From the NCBI GenBank assembly GCA_964035545.1, contig OZ037767.1:30520628-30584627 (forward strand): a stretch of DNA of 64,000 nt, read 5' to 3'. Numbering within the stretch: position 1 is the first letter of the stretch; each line of letters starts with the position of its first letter. Below the pieces are notes generated by a model. The model worked only from the letters and a program-made list of their open reading frames with translations. It was not told the DNA's origin and did no database searches. This stretch comes from Bugula neritina. Lineage: Eukaryota > Animalia > Bryozoa. The position numbers and the translations under genes are program-made. This document shows, piece after piece, positions 38,801 to 52,623 of the stretch.

Positions 38801-41800
38801 TTACTCTACAGGTGTGGCACAATAAGCGGATGTCTGCCGTTAAGTTCAGACGAGACGAGAATGAGCTTCTCCAGAACAGACGAGACCCTCAGCCAGTTGT
38901 GGCAGCCAATGCTAAACCTCGAGTGCTGACTATCATCTCAAATGTCGACAGGAGCAGCAGAGAGAAGGTAGTCATGTGACTTTATGGCTACTTAGTTACA
39001 TACTCTGTGTAGTGTTTATCCACATGGTTATACTCTGTGGAGTGTGGATCCACATGGTTATACTCTGTGTAGTGTGAATTCACATGGTTACATATACTCT
39101 GTGTAGTGTGGATCCACATGGTTATACTCTGTGTAGTGTGAATTCACATGGTTACATATACTCTGTGTAGTGTGGATCCACATGGTTACATACTCTGTGT
39201 AGTGTGGATCCACATGGTTATATACTCTGTGTAGTGTGGATCCACATGGTTACATATACTCTGTGTAGTGTGGATTCACATGGTTATACTTTGTGGAGAG
39301 TAAATTCACTTGGTTTATAGTCTCTAGAATCTAGATGCATGATTGGTTTCTGCTGAATTAAATAGACCTGGAAACACTTCGTCGCCAACTGAGCAATAAC
39401 TGCTTAGAGAGTTGTCTCTTCAAATCTTTATTGAAATGCTTCACATGTCCTCTGCTATTGCTGCACAATGTGCCATTTCTCAGCCTAGTGTTAGTATTTA
39501 CTGTTTATCACTATTTCCAGGTGATGCTGAACCCCTTAACTAACCAAACTTTTGAAGAGATTCTGCATGATATTGGAAATATGGTTACTATAGAGGAGCC
39601 CCCAGTGACTGGACTCTTTACCGAGAAGAGACCTCATAAAAAGGTACCATAAGATAACTTTGACACAATTACTGTTCTATTATATATATCAAGGTATAGA
39701 CTATAATACCATAGAATAGGTTTGCTGATACATTCTATAGCTGCTGGCTATACTATATTATCATGGGATATATATCTCCATACAGACTATTTCTATAGTA
39801 ACCTGCAAACACTATAATATGCAAGCTATCTTCTGTATAATATAATAAATAATTTAGAGTACAATATACTGTATTGATAAAGTAGTCTGTATTATTTTTT
39901 TCAAGTTGCATGTACACTTCAATATAATACAACATATATGAAGTCGTTGGAGCACTGCATCAACAATTGCTATATTGTGCGTAGAACTTTATTTTAATTA
40001 TAATATTATCTTTACTTTGTATCTAAAGTTGTTTCCTGGTTATCTCTTATTATTGCTGCGATAGCATACTGTACATAGCTATTTGCTAGAAAGTTGTATA
40101 CCAGCAAAGTCATATATATATATATCATTTATATTCAGGGTTTATTCATTCATTGATTCATCTTGAAATGAAATGTTCAGGGACACAAACACAACACACA
40201 CACACGCACTCACAACACACGCACACACGCACAACACACACACACACGCACACACGCACACAACACATGCACACTCACAACACACGCAAACACGCAAACA
40301 CACACACACACACGCACACTCACAACACACGCACGCACACACACACACACTCACAACACACGCACACTCACAACACACGCACACACGCACACTCGCACGT
40401 CAGCTTCCTATCATATATATTAATATATATAATAAATTTGCAGGTTTTCAGTTTCTCACAGCTGTTCAAAGACTTCAAGGACCACGACTGTTTCCTGGCT
40501 GTTGGCAGAGAGTTGGTGCCAGTTGACAGCAAGCAGCGTAGAGTACCCAAAAGCACCCAGTCAGATTCTGCTGTCACATTCAAACCTGCTGCCAAAAGAG
40601 TGACAGTAAAGAGAGTTGCTGCAAAACGTTTTCAAAAATCTGCTGACGGTATTCATTAAATAAATTTATTATTTTTCCAACAATCTTTCAACAACTCTCT
40701 ATAAAATGGCTACTATAAGTTAACAGTAGTAAGTTGCTGTAATTGAAAGTGCAGTTAGTTATGTTTTTGAACCAAAGCGGCCATTATTTTATATATCAGT
40801 AGAAATTTTAGTAAAATGTGTTCTATATGGTTATATGTGACCTTGACCTAAATTTAACTGCAGTAGTAAGTGTACTGTAGAACTTTTCTCCCGTAAAGCA
40901 TAAGAATCTTAATTAAATGTTCATAAAAATTACAACTTTTATTATTAGATTATGACAGTGACTACGAAGACATCCCCTCCAGAGCTAATCTCTCCGTTCC
41001 AGTCGGGCGGCCATCTCTCTTTAGTCGCATGGGGCAGCCAGCTCCACGACGCTTTGTCAAGCCTCCCCTCAGCCCTAAACATGATAAAGTCATTCGAAAA
41101 CCTCTCAAAAGCTATCCATCTATCCGTATTGATGTACATAATCAACGTAGAGGTCTGTGCTATTGCCTTATTTTTGTACTGAAGTTATGCTGGCAAATGT
41201 GACAAATTAAAACTCTGCTTACATTCTGTTTTATTAGGATAAATCAAACGTGCAGGAGTTTTATAAATTGATATTTCTAATTTTTATTAAGTATTAGAAT
41301 TTTTGCTCTATTAGATAGGATTGAAACTTCTCTCTCATTGAGCATTGTAATTTCATTCTATTATGTAGTGTAATTTTATTCTATTAGGTATTGTAATTTT
41401 ATTGACTTCTTTTTATTCACATTTTCTTAGGTTCAGTAGACCAGACCAGAGGTAATTATACAAATTCCAGCTTCAACAAGTTTATGATTTATAAGGAAAC
41501 ATATCAGTGAGGCTTAATCTAATCAAAATAAGATTATTGTTCTAAGTATGCAGCTGATATATGTAAACATCTATGCAAAATTGCATGAGCTCATTAAAAA
41601 TGTATTATTTTAAAGTTTTTCAATTGTTACTATGTGGAGCTTTATATAGTAGATGATACATCAACTGCTTGTTGGCAATATATAAACTATTGATGAAAAA
41701 ACAAGTAGCTTTTAATAAAAAATACTAGTTAATAATTAGCTCAATTTTTATTAGGCTTTTTTATACTCAATGAGAGAATAACTAGAAATGATACACATGT

Positions 41801-44800
41801 ATAATAGTAACCATAACCAGTTTTATAGAGCTACTTTCTAATGTGTGTGTGCAATCTAATCACCTTTCACCCAACACAACATAACAGCCGGCATTGCTAT
41901 CCCAATCACATATTTTTGTTTTGTCTAATCACATTTGAAAGCTAGACGCACAACCAAAGAAAAGTTATTATAAGTTTTGTATGTATCTAGCACCTCCAGT
42001 TATTTCCAAGCATGACATTCATATTTGCTTGTATATAAATAATCAAAAATATTTAGAATTGCTCCCCCATCTAACAATTTATGAAATTACCAGTAGGCTA
42101 TAAATAGAATGTGACATAGTGTTATACAGTGAAAGCGATTTATGTGAGAATTTTTTATGCTCTTAAATATTAAATCAGTGCTTTCTATTATATTATATTG
42201 TTCACTGATTGATATTCTAAGACCATACTTTACATACTTTGCACATACGGTTAGAGTTTGCATTTCTCATCCAATCTCTGGTATAAAACTCGCCACCTCA
42301 TTATATACTCTAACACTATAACAATGTTACAGGCGAGGGGCCTTCATCCTACATATTAACTGACATGTATGAGCAATTTGAAATTGGTAAACTTACATCT
42401 GCACTCAATTATTCAGAAATGCTATTTTACAGTTCACCTTTAGATAATTAGTCAATCTAGTTTTTGTAGAAGCTTTTAATTTGCATCTTTTTTATAAATT
42501 TTCTAGACTGCTATTGATTGTATTTATAAAATGTTTACTTCCCATTTATTAGAACTCTATTAAACACAGTCTAAATTGACTGTTGCTTTGCAACACAAAA
42601 CAAATATTTTATTTTACAGAGTTCTACACGCCTTCCAACTATCAGAGACCTGACGGTAAAAAGCCCGACAGGAAGTTACAGTTAGAGTGGGTTTACGGGT
42701 ATCGTGGGAGAGATGCTAGAAACAACTTGTATGTTTTACCATCTGGAGAAGTCCTGTATTATGTGGCTAGTGTGGCTGTGCTACTAGACAGGGAGAAGGA
42801 TAGACAGAGGCATTACGTCGGCCATAATGAAGATATTACATGGTAACACATTCTTTATATAACATGTGCCCGATTCTTCTTTTTTTATCCTAACTGGGTT
42901 ATCATGTTGTAACTTACTTACTGATAGAGCAAAAGTACAACCCTCAGCCATCATCATGTTTTATTCCTTTTGCAAAGTTTGATCAGTTTGAAGCTTTAAG
43001 AATTAACTTTATTTTCAACTGGAAAAAAGTGACTGATTTACAATTATGTAAAGATATCAATTCTAAATCAACTCCATGACACCTGTAACTGTATATTATG
43101 TGTCAGAGTAGACCTCTTATGTTGTATATTTGCTAGCATGGTGCTACACCCCAACCAATTCTGCGTAGCCTCTGGTCAAGCTAGTGGCACAAGCCGTCAA
43201 GAAACTGCTGCACACATCAGAATATGGGATGCTCGATCTCTAGTCACTTATGCTATTCTAGGCTTTGGAATTTTCCACGTGGCTGTTGGTAGCCTGGCCT
43301 TTTCTGTAGAGGTCAGTGGGTGCGCTTCTTTATAACAGGGATGTCTACTGCCTGTTCTACTGTTCTAATGCACATGCAACTGTGATACCCATTCTTCTCT
43401 AACTTCTAAGTTATCTTTTGAGGAAATAATTTCCTTCAGTGCCTTTACCCAATTCATATGTAAGACTTGAAGACAATTTTTTTGCAGTGGCTCAAGTTTG
43501 GTGTCTTGATTTTGCTTTATGCATGTCTTGTAGAAATCAATGTTTATTCATGCAAGTGTAAGCATCAGCTGATGATAGCCTAATAATGTAAACATACCAC
43601 TCTGAGAAGCTAGTCTGTCAAGCTTTCAGTCAATAATAGCAATTTTTGTAAAGCAATTCTGTTAAAGCTTTACTATAAGAACCTCTCTACGTCGAAGTGT
43701 TTACGCAAGGCTTAGAATAATCTAGAATGTAATTTTTAGAGTGATGGTCAATATTTGCTGGCTATTGATGAGAGTGAGAAGCACGTGCTCAGTGTGTGGG
43801 CGTGGCAAGAAGAGCAACTTGTTGTGAAGAGCTCGGTAAGACTAAAGATTTATCTTCTCTTTGCTTTTGCTCCATAAAGTATGTTGTCACAGAATTAGCC
43901 TAGGGCCACACTGTGCGTATTTTCGCATGCGAAAATTAAAATCACAAGTAGCAAAGGCGTCCACTGTAGCGTCAGTGATGCGTGATAAATAAAGCTTTCA
44001 TTTTTAAATCGCACTCGCTTTCAATAAAACGCAATTTACTGGAATTTAGAACTAAAATAACGAAATTGGGCTCGCCTAATCACTACCAGCCAATTAGGTG
44101 ACGACGACAGAGATGATTCGCACTTGCGTTGAAAATGCAGAGCGACAAGTTTTCTCAACGCACACAGTGGACACCTTTGCTACTTGTGGTTTCAATTTTC
44201 GCATGCAAAAATACGCACAGTGTGGCCCTAGGCTAAGTGTTCCAAGATAGCCTTTAAAAGACCGTTTTGCATTAATATATTATAATAAGAGATAAAAGCA
44301 ACAGTAGATGAGAATGGCAGATTGTCTTTACACTACAAGACATTTAACTCTACTTCTTCCATGTGTTATTATACCCTGTATATAATCACAGCTATCCATG
44401 GATGCAGATTTCCGAGTATTTGGGGTAAATATCATCAGGTTTTATTACAGAGCCTTGTATGTTGTGTAGTGTTATTCTAGAAGGCAGCTTTACCCATTTC
44501 ATTACCGATTTGACTTTGCACTAGCATTGATATGAATACACTGCTGTTTTCACTTTCACTGATTGCTTATTTCACTTCAGTTTATGCACATGCCTTTCTT
44601 GTTCGTAGTTTACAAAAATATTTTCTCTGAAATACATCTGAAATAAATAAGAAATAACTTGATTAAATCTTGAAAGTTTATTTTAAATTTTTCATAGTAA
44701 TAAAATGCACAGCTATGAGTTTGCAAGCATTTGATATAGTTCATGTAGGTCAAGTGTTACAGAGTGTAGGCAGGTTGTGTCCTGAAATTGGTGTATTGAC

Positions 44801-47800
44801 CTAATTAGAAGTTTGCATTTTTATTTAAAAGATATTATATTTATGTTCGTTTTATGTTTTAGTAGCGATTAAGAATTATTTTAATGTGTACTTGACCTAT
44901 TCTGCACAACGCTGTCATGTATAATGAATTTTCACAATAGCACAATGATTTTTAGTTTCATCTAATATAAATAATATCATTTTATACTAAGTGCTTGTGA
45001 CTTGCTACCCCTTTATACTAACTACTTGTGACTTGCTACCCCTTTATACTAACTGCTTGTGACTTGCTACCCCTCTTTAGACCACAACAGACACAGTGGT
45101 GTGGGGCACATTCCATCCACTAGATGACAGAATCATCATTACTCATGGCAAGCAGCACATCTTCTTCTGGAAGATATTCTATGATAGCTCTAGTCCTACT
45201 CGTATCCTCCGAGACAAACTTTCCGGAATTTTCCAGGTGATATTTGAATAATACGACACAAATCTTTATACTGCTTTGTATAGTGAGATCATTAAAATAA
45301 ATCAAAAATGGCGAAAGTTTTAGACTTAGTTTTTAAACAATTCTGTCAGTGAGAGAAGTCATTAAGACCACCCAAATCATATTTAAGATTCTAACTGTGT
45401 ATGTGTATATTTAGGGAGAAGTACCAAAGTTTGTCACATCGGTATGTTTCACACCAGATGGCGACGTGCTCTCAGGAGACTCCAATGGGAACATAACTCT
45501 CTGGTCTCAAGACAACTCCGGTGCCTTCAGTGTCAGCAAACGGCAGTCGTCAAACATGAGGCAGGCTCACAGGAAGTAAGTCATCTTGTTTATATGATAC
45601 ACTGTACTATATGATACACTGTACTATATGCTACACTGTACTATATAATACACTGCACTATATGATACACTGTACTATATGATACACTGTACTATATAAT
45701 ACACTGTACTATATGATACACTGTACTATATGATACACTGTACTATATAATACACTGCACTATATGATACACTGTACTATATGCTACACTGTACTATATG
45801 ATACACTGTACTATATGATACACTGTACTATATGATACACTGTACTATATGATACACTGTACTATATGATACACTGTACTATATGCTAAGTTTATATTCT
45901 GAAAGTAGCGCTAGTCGAAGAACATGTTTGCCTCTGTACCCTTGAGGTTTTGTCTCAAACTCATTAAATATTTGAAAGACTTTTGAGCAACACATTTTAC
46001 TTCAAAAATCAAATCTTTGGAAGACAGTTGCTAATAAACTGATGTACTACAGTGAGCTCCTAGACAACATTTATTCAATATCCAATGAAGTTGAAGTATT
46101 GCAACTTCAATTAAAGAATTTATTTGCGTGAATTCTAAAAATAAATTTTCTTGTACCACATTCAATATTTTGAGATGCAATGGACCGCTGCAATCTAAAA
46201 TAATATAATATATTACCGCAAACAGAATACAGCTGTTTGTGATTGTACACACATGCAGCTTAGACATTAAGATTAATCTGCAGAACCTGTACTTACATTA
46301 TGTACGAGTTTTGTTTACACAATTTCATGAATATCATTATATTGCAGATCTGTGTTCTGCCTGCACATGTTCTCAGACGGTACGTTTGTGTCTGGTGGTG
46401 GGCATGAGATCAAAAAGTGGGACAGACAGTACAAATGCAAAGAGACAAAGAAACTGCCTGGTAAATCTTTTCTTTCTTTAATTGTGTAATTCACTTTTTA
46501 AATTATTCATAAAAGTTGTATTAGAAACTTGTTTATTTTTTTAAATAATTTTTCTTCTAGATCATGTATAGAAATTATTGCCCACGTAGCTTTGCTTTAA
46601 TAAGTAAATTATTATATAATTCATACATCTAGGTTTGAAATTTGTTACATATTTTTAAAATTAAATTTTCTTTCAATAAAAAATAATTCTTTATATTTTA
46701 TAACTTTCTTTATATTATATCACAATATTTATAAATTTAGAGCACAGTTTACCAAATTTATTTTCTGTTTTCTCTGAATTGCAGTATATAAAATATTAAG
46801 TTCAATGCCTGGCTGCTTTGCTTTTAGAGCAATATGGTTTCGTGAGAACTCTCATTCCAGCTAAAGAAGATTTGGTGAATTCTGGGCTGTATGTTGGCAC
46901 AACCAAGAACTGTCTGCTTGATGGGAACTGGAACGAGAAGTTCCGTGTTGTTATAGTGGTAAACTTTCATTGCAATACAGATAATACAATAGCCTAATAT
47001 ACCATATGTATATATATTGTGGTATAATAGTATACATATATACATACATACTGTATGATATACCAAGTAAATTTTATAAATTACAATGTCCATACCAAGT
47101 ACATAGCATGTGTCCAAAACAGTTTTGAGGTCATTTATTCAAGAAGTGTTACTAAATGGTCTAAACAATTGGTCAAGAGTTGACAATAATAATTATTTGT
47201 AATAGTAAGGCTGGTTTACACTGTAATACTGCAATAGTATGAAGCGTGATTTTTGACAGGGCCACAGCGAAGAGTTGTGGGCTTTGTCAAGCCACCCTCA
47301 AGAGCACACATTCGTGACTGCAGGCTATGATCATTCCGTCTGCAAGTGGTCAGCAGTTAGTCACAAACTCATTTGGAAGATTGTAATCGAGGTAACACTT
47401 TGGAGTTATAAATTATGTTTCTGTATTTACAGAATTTCATGACTCAAACAACTGTATTAGTTTTACTGCTTCAAAATAGCTATTGTTCATTCTTTCTTTT
47501 GAATAAGGTGCCTTTTCAGTAAATTAGCATAGTTTTTTCACATTGTTGTATATAGACAACCTGTGATATATTTTAGACCACATAGCAAACTTTGCTGTAA
47601 CAGTAACAGATAATTGTATTTGGTTTACCAGCTTTCTCATTGTAGAATGGTTGATTTAATCGCTGATGATTTTGACTAAGCTGTATATAAGCAGTGATTT
47701 AAATGTACTTCAGACTAGACTAAATGTACTACAATATGAAATGAAACTCATCAATTTGAAAATTCCCTGAGTTGATATTTTATTTAAATTTGCTGAATTA

Positions 47801-49978
47801 TAAACTGTTAGTGTAAAAACCTTATACGTTTTATATTCGCAAGAAAATATCCCCAAGCAATATGCAACTCGTGTATGAATGCGTGGTTGCTATAGAAACC
47901 GTGTCTGTCTGTGTGTCACAATGACACCGGAGACCTCCTAGTGATTGGCACTACAGAAGGGCAGTTCATGGTTATGGATGCAAATGATGGATCTCATGTT
48001 GCTACAATACAAGTTGGGCATGGAGCCGTCGACTCTACAAAGTTCTCACCTGGTAGGTTATACTCTCAGGCTATCTTCTTAGCCTCAACTGGACAACTCC
48101 AATCTGTTTTATCTGTGGTGGTCTAGTGCACCTTCAACTATACTCAGTGAGAGGTTGGATTGATCAGAATCTTTCGCTAGAAACAATTTCTGCTATGTCC
48201 ACTTATCCTTTTATTAGAAAAGCATTATAATATAAAAATCATCCATGAATTATAAATACTTTTATGTTTAATAATAATCAAGAACCAATCAGAAACATCT
48301 CTTGACTACATTTGTACATAATTACAATATTTATTCTGCAACAGCACTACTATTATATTGCTACAACATATTTTTGTTGTGAACAGCTAAAAAGAAAGTG
48401 GCAAGGCGATTAAACATTGTCTGCGTCACTATGTCACCAGGTACGGTACTGCTGCACCACACGACTGGCCAGCTGGCACTTCCGAATCATTAGTTTGATT
48501 GCGTGTCTCTCATGTGTCATAATTTCAACTAACATTTACTTCAACATTTTCAGTTAGTGCTGCTTCGTGTCAAGATTGTTGCTTGTCCTTCAATCCAACT
48601 AATTATGCTTTTTGTTGACTAATTCTTGCCGTCTCTTTGAGGCTAGTTCTGATGGGTAACTATTTGACCCACCAGTTCTTAAAGAAGTTATATACATTAC
48701 TTATATTGATATTCATGCTGTTTGTCATACTACTGATTTTGTAGCTAACTGATTGTCCAACTATAAACTACACTGTAAAGTGTACGTTAATAATATCCGA
48801 GAATACTAAATCTTTGGAGGCTGCGTAACAGCTGAACCGAGATCTTCATACAATTGCACTGGTTTCAAACTATTTTGTATGATCACAACCTGATGTCACC
48901 GCGCGTTAACTTACATTCCATTTAGTTAGTAATGATACCTCAAGAATTCATCCCCTAGCAAGTATAAAGTAACTCCGAATGTAACTGTGTTACAGATGGT
49001 AGACTGCTGGCAATGGGAGCCCAAGATGGCAACATATACATCTACAGCGTCGCAGATGGCGGCCATTTCTTCCGGAAGTATCGAGACGGGTCTCTCAAAG
49101 GACACAAGAACTTTGTCATGCAGATTGACTGGTCAGACGACTCTGAATATATACAGAGTGTGTCTGGCAACTATGACCTCATGTTCTGTGAGTATTCCCT
49201 ACTCAGTTCTCCTTTATGAGGAGACAACTCTTAAAATACAATAAATTTCAGTCTATTTTCATTTCAGTATTTATGTCATTTTAATGTGCAAAACATGCGA
49301 GCATATATTTGGTGGAAATTATAAACTATAGGTTTTCCGATATGTGCTTAAGCTGATGCATCATTTTAAATTGATGGTAGCACTTTATGATAGAGATGAA
49401 ACATATTAACAGGGAATGTATACGAGATGCAACGAGAACAAGACCCGGCAGTGATAAGAGATATTTCTTGGGCTACTCAGTCATGTGTTTTGGGCTATAG
49501 TACAGCAGGAGCATGGACCCACCTAGAGGAAGATGGTGAGGACATCAATATTGTGTGCAAGAGTAGTTACGAGGACTACTTAGCTGTGGGAGACAATCAA
49601 GGAGCGTTGAGGATTTTCAAATATCCAACTTCAGCTTCAAAGGTGCATAAACTACTGTTGTAATTTAAATTCAGTTACTATGTTACATCATACCTTATAC
49701 ACTGGTTTTAATAAAGTTGCTTACGATTATTTCTTATTTAACGTTTAAACTTTATAAAAATCTAAGTAATTTCAGCAGTGTAATATAATTAGGAATTTAA
49801 GACAGCAGCTAATATTTTTCTTTTTCTTCTTCAGCCTGATTTCTACGAGAAAAAGGTCTACTCGTCCCATGTTACTAATGTCAAGTTCATGTTTGATGAT
49901 AGTTATTTACTCTCTACCGGAGGTATAGATGCCGGGTTGATGCAGTGGGTTTTAGTCGACTCCAAAACACCACGATAA
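32877..49978 (+). CDS. Doublecortin-domain echinoderm microtubule-associated protein-like protein (DCX-EMAP/EML family), about 1030 aa
   Basis: Exons: 32877-32927 (putative first), 35920-36095, 37146-37314, 38309-38410, 38812-38967, 39521-39643, 40444-40648, 40949-41152, 42620-42842, 43137-43311, 43740-43835, 45081-45236, 45415-45575, 46348-46460, 46828-46958, 47260-47391, 47896-48052, 48996-49187, 49413-49642, 49835-49978. DCX motif [13 protein letters not shown], a second DCX-like [14 protein letters not shown] motif [18 protein letters not shown], and WD40/TAPE repeats ([29 protein letters not shown]). Confidence 0.92.
36999..37145 (+). repeat. Acceptor-side tandem repeat, about 41 bp x about 4
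   Basis: Unit aaatcaggtttccatgtgtcacactgtatatagagttacat. The final copy reads ...gtcacacag and supplies the acceptor at 37145. Confidence 0.9.
38478..38710. repeat. Intronic minisatellite, about 21-bp unit ctacagttactcacctatatt
   Basis: About 11 degenerate copies between EMAP exons ending 38410 and starting 38812. Confidence 0.85.
38995..39312. repeat. Donor-proximal minisatellite, 30-34-bp unit gttacatactctgtgtagtgtggatccacatg, about 10 copies
   Basis: Starts about 27 nt after the donor at 38968. Confidence 0.92.
40183..40397. repeat. CA-rich compound microsatellite
   Basis: Degenerate (CA)n/cacg run ending about 45 nt before the acceptor at 40443. Confidence 0.92.
43898..44233. mobile_element. 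MITE with about 70-bp terminal inverted repeats, in an EMAP intron
   Basis: gcctagggccacactgtgcgtattttcgcatgcgaaaatt...gtccactgt and its reverse complement (about 4 mismatches) form the two ends. Flanked by TA on both sides (tta/taa context). Superfamily uncertain. Confidence 0.88.
44982..45080 (+). repeat. Triplicated branch-point/polypyrimidine segment, 31 bp x3
   Basis: Unit tatactaactgcttgtgacttgctacccctt. Two copies carry TACTAAC, and only the last ends in ctttag, the acceptor at 45080. Confidence 0.92.
45591..45887. repeat. Donor-proximal minisatellite, 17-bp unit tatatgatacactgtac, about 17 copies
   Basis: Starts 15 nt after the donor at 45576. Confidence 0.95.
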
Positions 49979-50694
49979 GCCGTTAAGTGTTACTTATCAA
50001 CATTATTCATGTTAAAATATAGCGCCAACTCTTTTTTAAGTCTATGAAATTTTCTATATCGTAGTATGCTTATCATATCAAGTGCTTTAATAGATAATGT
50101 TGATATATAGTTTCTACTTTTGCTTAATTTTATAAAATGTAGTCCTGGCTAATACTCCTAGACCCATACATACTGCCAGAGAATCTTATTCATATAGCAA
50201 TCACTTGTTGACATTATTTCTCTCACAATATTATAACCATTTTCTATCATTTCTCTCCTAACCACTGGCAATGAGTAACTCATCAACAAAATATTCTATT
50301 TTTCTAAAGAATGATTCATATTTGTCTGTTAACCAATAATTGCCTTCTTAAATGTTTGTTTATTTTTCACACTAAGAAAGCTAACATAAGTTTAGTACTT
50401 CGCAGTTACATTTTTTACAGCAGAGCTATTTTTATGACACTAAATTAGTATTTAGTAATGTATAAATATTTACAATATCTCATTTCACGACACATTATTT
50501 TCTTTCAAGTCAATAAATTGCTTCCATTACTAAAAATGTTGGCAATCGTGAATTCAAACCAATAAAATAACTTCTATATACAGTTTATAGGAGAATATAA
50601 GAGTTGCCATGGAGACCGTGTACTAACTAGAGAGCAAAGTCTCGTGATGTGGAGTTGTCTTACTTCATAAGTGAAGTGCTGACAACCCTCCGAA

Positions 50695-52623
50695 CTATAA
50701 TGCTGTCCCTCGTTCCAGATTCTGTTTAATTTCTGTTGTGTATTTACCATAAAACCTCTCCAATTTCTGGTTGAATTTAGCATTTCTGGTGTTGATATAA
50801 TCAATATCTGCATCTTCATCATGTGTCCTTCGTCTAGTATATTTCGATCTTTTCTCAATCCTACAACAAATTATTAAACTCGTTTCTCCATACACAGTAT
50901 TGACTGAACTACATTCCGTTTAAATCATAAAACATGGTGTGTATTTGAAAATCCTTGAACATGATTTTACAAGGCAAGTCTTTATTTCAGTGACTAGTAG
51001 TCTTTCTCTTTCAAATCATTACAAAGTTGCAAAACCTGACGACTGGCAGTAACAAAGTTTTATAGAAAGAAAAGGTCAGCCTTTGGTGTTTGAAACAAGT
51101 ATAGGCAGAGAGAAGGTCTACTCACTGTTTCTCCAAGTCATCCACCATCCTGTCTATACCATCTTCGGTGTCTTTATGCATTTCCTCTAAACCCAAAGTG
51201 TTGACGTCTGCATAGAAGCTGTCTCCCCTGTAAGAAGACAACTTCACTGAAAACTCAACAGACGCTCTATAAAACCATAAACTAAGCGAGAGCTGATGAC
51301 GCTACCTCAATACAGGAAAACAACTTACATCTTCTCTTTCTTCTCGGCGTACTCCTTCATGTCTGGTTTGAAGGCCTTAGTTAGTCTAGTATTCTGTCTG
51401 GCAGTCATCTCCTCATATGCTAAAAGTACGTGCTCAGTGTTACACTTGTTCTACTGTTTCCAATATTTGAGTATCTCAAATATTAATATAATGAAGTATA
51501 TATAATATATAACATACTATATAGTATAACATACAATATATAATACAATAAAATATTATTACATTATAAGATAATATACAATATAATATACCATTAAATT
51601 ATCAATATCACTGTATGCGTGTGTGTCTATCAACACTTACTTGAGAATCCAGTTATAGGCTTAGCTTTCTTTCTCTTATGAAAGTCTCTTTCTGCCTCAT
51701 CCGCTTGAACATCCAACACCTTCATTCTGTCATAGTCCTGTCCTGTTACAATCAGTTCAATACACAGTACAGTAATTCAGTCGGACACTTATTACAGCAA
51801 ATAAGCAAGTATTTCAAAAAAGATCTCTTTATTGTATTCCAATGCATGCAAATTCTGTTTAGTAATAATTAATATGAGAACTCGTTTTAAAGGTTCGATT
51901 GTCATGCAAACAAATAGAACCTTTTTAAGTATTACAGAGAGTGTGTGAGATCATCATCTATGTATCTGATTATATTGATAATAATCAGAGTAAGAGTTCA
52001 TGAATAGCCATTGGGTAGATAACTTCTTATAAGTTACCTAACCGATGAATACAACAGTACTTTATTGAGTAGTAATGCATATGAACACTAAATGTATACA
52101 TAATCTGTAAAAATTGATTGAAATAACCTTTGGCCTTGCACTCTCTCTTTTTCTCTGCTTCCTGTTCCTCCCACTCCAGCCTCTTCCTTTTAGCCTCGAT
52201 GTTTACTGGCTCCTTGTTACGTTTATCCTCTTCCACTACCTCGCCATGGTTTAGCTTCCTTGCTTCGTTCTGAGACAATATAAGAAAATTAGGTAACACA
52301 ACTACTAGTAAGCTGATATATCATATATTTTACGTGCAGTGTGGTAGCAAAGCTTGAAATATTTACACATGCAATGAACAAGCAAATGATAGTGTTGGGA
52401 TAAACATAAATTCTCACCCTTTTTAAATGTAATTCTCTCAGCCTTTTGAGTCTTTCATCGTGTTTAGAAACAGATGATTCAGCTGAAGTCTAAAAGTCAT
52501 AGCAAAGAAGTCAATAGAATGAGTTGAAGTGAGAAGCGAACATAACAAGTATGCATAGACAGTACAAAAATTGACAAATGCATAAGAAAAATGTGATTTC
52601 AAAAGTTTACTCACCGATGCCAT
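50695..52623 (-). CDS. SYF2: Pre-mRNA-splicing factor SYF2, 227 aa
   Basis: Exons 52615-52623, 52418-52489, 52128-52269, 51641-51742, 51329-51419, 51126-51227, 50695-50860. Motifs [49 protein letters not shown] and [35 protein letters not shown]. Confidence 0.96.

Noticed and set aside
50603-50616. RFX X-box-like motifs (gttgccatggagac here, gttaccatggcgac near 1772, a weaker one near 32696)
   Set aside because: The best matches lie in a 3' UTR and an intron, and the promoter-proximal one is degenerate. Function cannot be supported from sequence alone.
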